In this document: piece by piece, positions 56,711 through 64,000 of the stretch
Numbering within the stretch: the first letter of the stretch is position 1
Layout: each line of letters opens with the position of its first letter
Assembly: GCA_026397405.1 (NCBI GenBank)
Contig: JAPLUW010000002.1
Coordinates: forward strand, 40,214 to 104,213
Length of the DNA: 64,000 nucleotides
Reading direction: 5' to 3'
From: Candidatus Adlerbacteria bacterium
GTDB lineage: Bacteria > Patescibacteriota > Minisyncoccia > Phycocordibacterales > SBAW01
Program-made: the position numbers and the translations under genes
The notes under the pieces: model-generated
Told to the model about the DNA's origin: nothing
Seen by the model: the letters and a program-made list of their open reading frames with translations, nothing else
Databases searched by the model: none

Positions 56711-57319
56711 CTACTCCCCCAGCCTACCCAAACGGATAACTTGGCGGCGCCACGAGTTTAACTTCCATTCTGGGGCATGCTCGGACGGCCCAAAACAGGT
56801 AGTGCGAACGTTAAAACCTGCAAACCACAACACGCCGCGGGCGAGTTCGTTGGTGTAATTGCCAAAAAAGAGCCTCACAAGCAAGGGGTGTGTGCCCGAC
56901 AGTACAATAACCCGTGCAGTTTTGCCTTTGAGTAATTTGTCCCAACCAACAGTGCGGACGCCCTGTTTATTTTTTCGCATAGTAAACGCAAACCCTGGCA
57001 ACCATATACGGTCAAAAAGTCCTTTAAGTAGTGCCGGCATCGTACACCACCAGTTTGGATAGAGAACGACAAAATGGTCACACTGGCGTATAGCGTCTTG
57101 GAGTTTTTGTAAATCGGGCTCGAGGGGTTGTATTACTTTGTAGCCCTTGTACAAAATTGGGTCAAAATGCATCTCGCCGACGTGGAATTTTTGCACCTCG
57201 TGGCCTGCTTTTTTAGCAGCAGCTTCGTACAACACAGCGAGTTCGCGCGTGTGCGTCTGCCCCGTGTCAGGGTGCCCAACAAGCAGGACTATTTTTTTCT
57301 TCGCGCGGTTGTTAAACAT
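56711..57319 (-). CDS. NAD(P)H-dependent oxidoreductase, flavodoxin-2 family
   Basis: LVGHP, FDPIL, YPNWWCTMPALLKGLFDR, LLKGKTAR. Confidence 0.9.
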   Translation of the reverse strand: MFNNRAKKKIVLLVGHPDTGQTHTRELAVLYEAAAKKAGHEVQKFHVGEMHFDPILYKGYKVIQPLEPDLQKLQDAIRQCDHFVVLYPNWWCTMPALLKGLFDRIWLPGFAFTMRKNKQGVRTVGWDKLLKGKTARVIVLSGTHPLLVRLFFGNYTNELARGVLWFAGFNVRTTCFGPSEHAPEWKLNSWRRQVIRLGRLGE

Positions 57320-58361
57320 TCCCGACGTTTCGTTTTTCTAATTCTGCGGCAGTGCGTGGCATGACGTGCAGGCCAGTAAATAATGCTGTAGCGCCTGGCG
57401 ATGCAGGTTGTGCAGATGCTGTAACAGGCGACGTAGCAAGAGGCGCAAATGACACTATAGGTTTTGCTGGAGCTGGTGCTGCGCTTGGTGCAGATGTTCG
57501 TATCGAAATTGAAACGGGGGTAGAAGTTGGAGTTGGTGTTGGAGGTGGAGGCACAGGTGCAAACACTGGAGCAACTACCGGTGCTGGGTTCGACACAACG
57601 GCAACAGGGTCTGGTTTGATAATCACGTCAGGTATAAGTGCGGCTTTTGGAGTACTAGCAACAGGAGTAGGCACAGGAACCGGTATTGGAGTCGGTACAG
57701 AAACAGGCTTAGTGACTTGTTGAACAATGCGTGCGACTGGTTGGCGGTCAACATTTATAACAACAGCTGGTTTGACCATATTTGGGAGTGGGGCCGTAGA
57801 AGGAGAAGGTCTTTGAGTTTGCGTATCAGGTTTGCTGGTAAAGGTTGTAGGTTTACCGCGCAATGCAAACACTACAAGTGTCCAACAAAGAGTGAAGCCG
57901 ACAAGCCATGCTCCGTAAAATTCACCCAACTGCAACCACGGTGCCTCTGGTGCCAAAATGTGCACAACAAACAGCGCGTACCAGGTACCTGCAGTGAGGC
58001 CTTGCAACAAACCTGCCACCAGCGACGTGCCTCGGTTAAGTATGGAGAGGGCAAGAAGTATGCTTATCAAACTCCATTTAAATAAGAAAATTGTAGAAAA
58101 AAACGCTTCTTGTTGGCCCGCAAGGTACGCTAACACAACAATGCCAAGCCCTGACAGTAAAATAGACACAAACCCAAAGTCCATCACGTGGCGCACCGCT
58201 TTGGCAAACTTTTTTTCTTGATCGTCGTATGCGCCGTCGCGCATAGAATGCAGATATGCCAAAAGCAACACTGTTTGTGCTCCTACACCAAGCGCCATAC
58301 CAAACTGCTGCACGCAGTACAACAACAAGCTGACAAAACTAAACGAAAGTACAAACGACAT
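57312..58361 (-). CDS. Hypothetical membrane protein with long Pro/Val/Thr-rich C-terminal tail
   Basis: About five TMs followed by PVPTP-rich low-complexity region; TACACT 6 nt before ATG. Confidence 0.7.
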   Translation of the reverse strand: MSFVLSFSFVSLLLYCVQQFGMALGVGAQTVLLLAYLHSMRDGAYDDQEKKFAKAVRHVMDFGFVSILLSGLGIVVLAYLAGQQEAFFSTIFLFKWSLISILLALSILNRGTSLVAGLLQGLTAGTWYALFVVHILAPEAPWLQLGEFYGAWLVGFTLCWTLVVFALRGKPTTFTSKPDTQTQRPSPSTAPLPNMVKPAVVINVDRQPVARIVQQVTKPVSVPTPIPVPVPTPVASTPKAALIPDVIIKPDPVAVVSNPAPVVAPVFAPVPPPPTPTPTSTPVSISIRTSAPSAAPAPAKPIVSFAPLATSPVTASAQPASPGATALFTGLHVMPRTAAELEKRNVGNV

Positions 58362-58408
58362 ACAAAAAGTGTAGCACACGTTTTTGCAGTGCAAGGCAAT
58401 TTTTATTT

Positions 58409-58645
58409 TTACAACAGGATAGTCGCGCCGTCGCTGCGAACTTCGAGCACGCCCGACTCTATAGGAAACTCACGAGGCTCTATATCGTTTAATTCACGAA
58501 CAATGATAGTTCCTTTTTTTAAGGTTGTGATGACGGGTTCGTGGTGTGTAAGCACTGTCATCTCCCCCGCGGTGCCGGGTACCGTCACAGACACGGCTTC
58601 CCCGTCAAAAAGATTTTCGTTTACTGTTGCTATTACTAATTTCAT
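58409..58645 (-). CDS. atpC: F1Fo ATP synthase epsilon subunit, beta-sandwich domain only
   Basis: VPGTAGEMTVLTHHEP, SGVLEV; downstream of atpD; 78 aa. Confidence 0.9.
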   Translation of the reverse strand: MKLVIATVNENLFDGEAVSVTVPGTAGEMTVLTHHEPVITTLKKGTIIVRELNDIEPREFPIESGVLEVRSDGATILL

Positions 58646-58655
58646 AGGTGATTTC

Positions 58656-58728
58656 TCAAATCTAACTTTAAAAGAGTGCGCTCCGGGGCGCTAGCCCAAG
58701 TCTAACCCTCTTTTAAAGTTAGATTTGA
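58656..58728. repeat. 21-bp perfect inverted repeat with 31-nt spacer between atpD and atpC
   Basis: tcaaatctaactttaaaagag (58656-58676) / ctcttttaaagttagatttga (58708-58728). Confidence 0.9.
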
Positions 58729-58736
58729 TTTATTAT

Positions 58737-60125
<1,389 letters not shown>

Positions 60126-61043
60126 CTACTGTGCCATTGCCTCCATGCCGCCAATAATCTCTGAAACTTCTCTGGTAATCGCTGCTTGTCTTGCTTTGTT
60201 AAACTCCAGTGTCAATTCATGCTCCATCTCCCCCGCCTTGTCCGACGCGGACTTCATCGACACCATGCGTGCCGAATGTTCGGACGCCTTGCTTTCAAGC
60301 AGCGCGTGATAGACAAAAATAGCAGCGAGTTTGGGGATGAGGGTTTCGAGCACTTTTTCTTCCGACGGCTCGACAGTGTACCCTGCCGATGACTGCGTAG
60401 TATGTGCCTGCCCTGCAAACACGCCACGAGTCGGGGTGATAGCTTCCACCACTTTTGAAAGTTCTGTTAGTGAAAGTGGAAAGACCGTATGCAATACCGG
60501 GCGCTGTTCTAGCGTAGAGACAAAATTTTGGTAGCCTACCTTTACCACGTCGACCACACCGAGCGTAAAGCGGTGTGCGGCCTCGTCAACAATTTCGCGA
60601 ACAATGTCAGAAGTAATTTTGTCATTGTTTGGGTGATACGCCTCTACGACAAACCCTCGTGCGGTAAAAAAGTCGTTTGCTTTTTTGCCTATTGCTACTA
60701 TCTTCACATCTCCCACAGAAAGGCCTGATGTTTGGATGTCGGCCATCACAGCACGCAAGACAGCACTGTTAAGCGCCCCTGCCAAACCCTTGTCGCTCGT
60801 TACTACGATATACAAGGCGTTCGAAACAGTGCGAACAGCGGCAAGCGGTGCACTGCGTAGTTCCTGCGAACCAGACACCCGCGCAAGTATAGACATTGCA
60901 GCTGTGGCGTACGGCCGGCCGGACAGCGCCTGGACCTGTGCTTTGCGCATTTTTGCAGCCGAAACAGCCTCCATGGCTTTTGTCACGGTCTGTGTTTTTT
61001 CGTAGGAACGAATTTGTGATTTTATAGCTTTTAGTCCCGCCAT
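60126..61043 (-). CDS. atpG: F1Fo ATP synthase gamma subunit
   Basis: TKAMEAVSAAK, SDKGLAG, SEHSARM, NKARQAAITRE. Confidence 0.97.
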   Translation of the reverse strand: MAGLKAIKSQIRSYEKTQTVTKAMEAVSAAKMRKAQVQALSGRPYATAAMSILARVSGSQELRSAPLAAVRTVSNALYIVVTSDKGLAGALNSAVLRAVMADIQTSGLSVGDVKIVAIGKKANDFFTARGFVVEAYHPNNDKITSDIVREIVDEAAHRFTLGVVDVVKVGYQNFVSTLEQRPVLHTVFPLSLTELSKVVEAITPTRGVFAGQAHTTQSSAGYTVEPSEEKVLETLIPKLAAIFVYHALLESKASEHSARMVSMKSASDKAGEMEHELTLEFNKARQAAITREVSEIIGGMEAMAQ

Positions 61044-61052
61044 AGTAGTTGT

Positions 61053-62615
61053 TTATGCGACAAACAGGTCGGTGTGCGTGTCCTGGAATTTTTCCAACTG
61101 TGTCTTCAACTCCTCTTCTGTCTGCGACGCCATGTCGCGTGCACGCTTGATGCTATCCAAAATTTCTGGACGGTTTGCGTCGAGGAACGCGAACAATTTT
61201 TCTTCAAACTCAGGAACGCGTGCTACGGGGACTTTTGCCAAGTAGCCGTTTACTGCGGCGTAAATAATCACGGACTGACGCTCAAATGGTAGAGGTGCGG
61301 CATTTTTCTGGCGCAACACTTGCATCAAACGCTGGCCGGAGTCGATGCGCTTTTTAGTGTCAGCATCCAAGTCTTGGCTAAACTGCATAAAGGCTTCCAA
61401 CTCGCGGAACTGCGCAAGTTCGAGCTTAATGCGGCCAGACACTTTTTTCATCGCTTTGGTTTGTGCACTTGAACCTACGCGAGACACGGAAATACCTGCG
61501 TTAATAGCCGGGCGGATACCTTTGTTAAACAACTCTGTTTCCAAAAAGATCTGTCCGTCGGTGATAGAAATTACGTTTGTTGGGATGTAGCCCGACACGT
61601 CGCCTTCCTGGGTTTCGATAATTGGGAGTGCAGTCAAGGAGCCACCACCTTTTTCTTTACTTAGTTTTGCGGCACGTTCAAGCAAGCGGGAGTGCAAGTA
61701 AAACACGTCACCCGGGTACGCCTCGCGGCCTGGTGGGCGGCGGAGCAACAGCGAAAGCTGGCGGTATGCAACGGCGTGCTTCGAAAGGTCGTCGTAAATG
61801 ATAAGTGCGTCGCGGCCAGAGTCCATAAAATATTCGCCGATTGCAGCGCCTGCAAATGGTGCCAGGTACTGGAGTGCTGCTGGGGCCGAGGCACCTGCGT
61901 CAACAACAATGGTGTATTCGAGTGCGCCGCGGTCGCGGAGCATGCCGACCAAACGTGCAGTTTTAGACTCTTTCTGGCCGATAGAAACGTAGATACAGAT
62001 CGGGCGGGTCTCTTTTGGTTCAGACTTTTGGTTCAAAATTGTGTCTACGGCAACAGTTGTTTTGCCGGTGCCACGGTCACCAATTATCAGTTCGCGTTGT
62101 CCGCGACCAACAGGGATCATCGAGTCGATAGCTTTAATACCGCTGTGGAGCGGCTGGTTAACACTTTGGCGGTCCATCACGCCGTATGCCTCACGTTCAA
62201 TGGGGTTTTTACCTGTTGCAGCAATAGCACCCAAGCCGTCGATAGGTTCGCCAAGGGGCGAGACAACACGGCCGAGCAATGCGTCCCCTACAGGGATAGA
62301 AAGTACCTGCCCTGTCGACTCCACACTCATACCTTCAGACACAAGACTTGAATCGCCCAAAATAATCACGCGAACGGACTCTTCTTCCAAGTTCAAAACA
62401 AGGCCAAATATTTCGGCTGGGGTTGCGATAGCATGCTCGAGAGACTTCTTTCCCGCCGTGTTAAAACGCACCATTTCAGACATCACGGCACCCGGCAGCC
62501 CTTCCACCTCGGCAACACCGTCACCCACTTTTGTGACAACGCCTGTGTTTGCTGCACGCGCAGTTGGCGTAAAGTGTTCTATTTCTTTTTTAAATTGTTC
62601 GATAAAGTTGTTCAT
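61053..62615 (-). CDS. atpA: F1Fo ATP synthase alpha subunit
   Basis: GRGQRELIIGDRGTGKT, RPPGREAYPGDVFY, SVSRVG. Confidence 0.98.
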   Translation of the reverse strand: MNNFIEQFKKEIEHFTPTARAANTGVVTKVGDGVAEVEGLPGAVMSEMVRFNTAGKKSLEHAIATPAEIFGLVLNLEEESVRVIILGDSSLVSEGMSVESTGQVLSIPVGDALLGRVVSPLGEPIDGLGAIAATGKNPIEREAYGVMDRQSVNQPLHSGIKAIDSMIPVGRGQRELIIGDRGTGKTTVAVDTILNQKSEPKETRPICIYVSIGQKESKTARLVGMLRDRGALEYTIVVDAGASAPAALQYLAPFAGAAIGEYFMDSGRDALIIYDDLSKHAVAYRQLSLLLRRPPGREAYPGDVFYLHSRLLERAAKLSKEKGGGSLTALPIIETQEGDVSGYIPTNVISITDGQIFLETELFNKGIRPAINAGISVSRVGSSAQTKAMKKVSGRIKLELAQFRELEAFMQFSQDLDADTKKRIDSGQRLMQVLRQKNAAPLPFERQSVIIYAAVNGYLAKVPVARVPEFEEKLFAFLDANRPEILDSIKRARDMASQTEEELKTQLEKFQDTHTDLFVA

Positions 62616-62872
62616 ACCGTTTTCGTTAATGTCCTGTAGAGTTCGAGCAAATGTCTGGTTCGTTCCTGTTGGGGAGTTTCTGCTTTTTGCGACTCGACTC
62701 GTTCTTTGTGGTCTACGAGCTTCCGATATTCGTTAAAAATCTTTGGTAGCAGTTTTTGATGACCGCGTTTTTTTAAGGTCGCATCTAAATTATGCAAGTA
62801 TGTGGCACCGTCTTTTGGCTTTTTTTCTATAAGCGCAAACAGGGCGCGTGCGTAATAGAGAGCGGTGTTCAT
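62612..62872 (-). CDS. atpH: Highly reduced F1Fo delta subunit (putative)
   Basis: Position between atpF and atpA; YARALF resembles the delta N-terminal helix; only 86 aa. Confidence 0.6.
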   Translation of the reverse strand: MNTALYYARALFALIEKKPKDGATYLHNLDATLKKRGHQKLLPKIFNEYRKLVDHKERVESQKAETPQQERTRHLLELYRTLTKTV

Positions 62873-62874
62873 AA

Positions 62875-63315
62875 TTACTTTTTAGCGAGCTTTTCCATAC
62901 CAAGCACAATAAGTTTTGCAACTTCCTGTTTGCTTTCGTTTAATGCTTGCACTTTTGCTTCGCGTGCCTGGGCTTCAGCCTCTTTAAGCATATTGGCTGC
63001 AGTAGCCTCGCCTGCGGCTATAAGCTCTTTTTCGCGCGCAGCACCAGAGTGGCGTGCAGCACTAACAATAGTGTCGGCTTCCTTCCCTGCATCCGAAAGT
63101 ATTGCGCCGCGTGAGTTTTGGATTTCTGCTAAACGAGCTTCTGCATCTGCCGCATCCTGCACACCCTGGGCAATTTTCTGGCGGCGAGCTTCCATCATTT
63201 TTGTCAGTGGGCCGTACAGGAAATACCACAAGGCAAGCAAAAGGAGCCCGAAGTTAACGGAGTTTATTACTAGCAACCGCCAGTCGATACCGAAAGCCGA
63301 AAATAGTTCGCTCAT
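62875..63315 (-). CDS. atpF: F1Fo ATP synthase subunit b
   Basis: GIDW...NF...FLYGPL...R...I TM plus coiled coil. Confidence 0.93.
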   Translation of the reverse strand: MSELFSAFGIDWRLLVINSVNFGLLLLALWYFLYGPLTKMMEARRQKIAQGVQDAADAEARLAEIQNSRGAILSDAGKEADTIVSAARHSGAAREKELIAAGEATAANMLKEAEAQAREAKVQALNESKQEVAKLIVLGMEKLAKK

Positions 63316-63332
63316 GCGCTTCTATGTGCTGC

Positions 63333-63563
63333 TTAGCCGACGAACTTGATAATGAATGAAACGACGAGTGCCAAAATACCGAGAGCTTCAGTAAAGACAA
63401 TAGCCAAGATCATGTTTGAAACAATTTTGTCCGATGCGTCTGGGTTGCGGCCAATAGCGTCCATGGCACGGCCACCAATAAGACCGATACCGATACCCGG
63501 GCCCAATACTCCAAGGCCTGCGGCCAATGCCATAGCTATCAAACGTGCTGATTCAATGTCCAT
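63333..63563 (-). CDS. atpE: F1Fo ATP synthase subunit c
   Basis: GxGxG, RNP loop, conserved Glu in FTEAL. Confidence 0.96.
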   Translation of the reverse strand: MDIESARLIAMALAAGLGVLGPGIGIGLIGGRAMDAIGRNPDASDKIVSNMILAIVFTEALGILALVVSFIIKFVG

Positions 63564-63641
63564 ATACCTGTTTGTTTTAACTGTATTAATAACTAATTAT
63601 TGTCGCGCCATTCTATCACAAAACACGCCTCCCTGCCACGT

Positions 63642-64000
63642 TTAGTGGGCCCCGTGCGGGTCGGTGACAGCGAGCTTTATAAAGAAGAGCGTCAACATCG
63701 CAAACACGGCTGCCTGCACAAGCCCTACGAATGTTTCAAACGCCAACAGCGGCACTGGCAACACGTATGGCATAAAGTACGCAACAACCGCCAACAGCAC
63801 TTCCCCCGCAAAAATGTTACCAAACAAACGGAACGAAAATGAAATAAAACGCGACATTTCGCTGATAAATTCTATAAGCCCTACAATAAAATTAAGCGGC
63901 GAAGAAAAGTTAAAGAATTTTGAAAAATAGCGCCAAAACCCAACCACCACAATACCGGACACCTCTATCGTAAGCACCGCAATGATAGCGAGCGCGAGTG
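63642..64000 (-). CDS. atpB: F1Fo ATP synthase subunit a, 3' part (start outside window)
   Basis: SFSFRLFGNIFAGE, E...QAAVFAML. Confidence 0.95.
   Translation of the reverse strand, partial: LALAIIAVLTIEVSGIVVVGFWRYFSKFFNFSSPLNFIVGLIEFISEMSRFISFSFRLFGNIFAGEVLLAVVAYFMPYVLPVPLLAFETFVGLVQAAVFAMLTLFFIKLAVTDPHGAH

Overview
Housekeeping-rich 64 kb segment of a small-genome bacterium. Gene content, shortened ribosomal and ATP-synthase subunits, short AlaRS, GAD-less AspRS and characteristic hypotheticals suggest Patescibacteria (CPR), probably Parcubacteria (inference). Genetic code 11 applies (TGA is used as stop). Most genes lie on the minus strand: six aminoacyl-tRNA synthetases (cysS partial, gltX, aspS, trpS, alaS, leuS), an scpA-scpB-dacA-mraY-ftsW-murG-gltX-M23 cluster, grpE-dnaK-(ABC)-dnaJ, the infA-rpmJ-rpsMKD-rpoA-rplQ-rplM-rpsI operon, ung/MGMT/nucleases, mnmA, mltG, ychF and the F1Fo operon. 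No rRNA, tRNA, CRISPR, transposase, integrase or reverse transcriptase was seen. Most notable observations: (1) a 30-bp double-hairpin palindromic element inserted in frame in both dnaJ and ung, with compensatory stem changes; (2) many core genes have a -10 box only 6-10 nt before the ATG (leaderless or near-leaderless), while orphan genes sit in self-contained promoter-SD-ORF-terminator units; (3) two dispersed paralogous atypical stand-alone receiver proteins; (4) two structured 5' leaders sharing two 10-mers in swapped order; (5) a 21-bp inverted repeat inside the atp operon; (6) a start-less, 5'-truncated MBG adhesin; (7) a Nudix domain inside LeuRS. All calls come from reading the sequence and motifs; no database searches were run.
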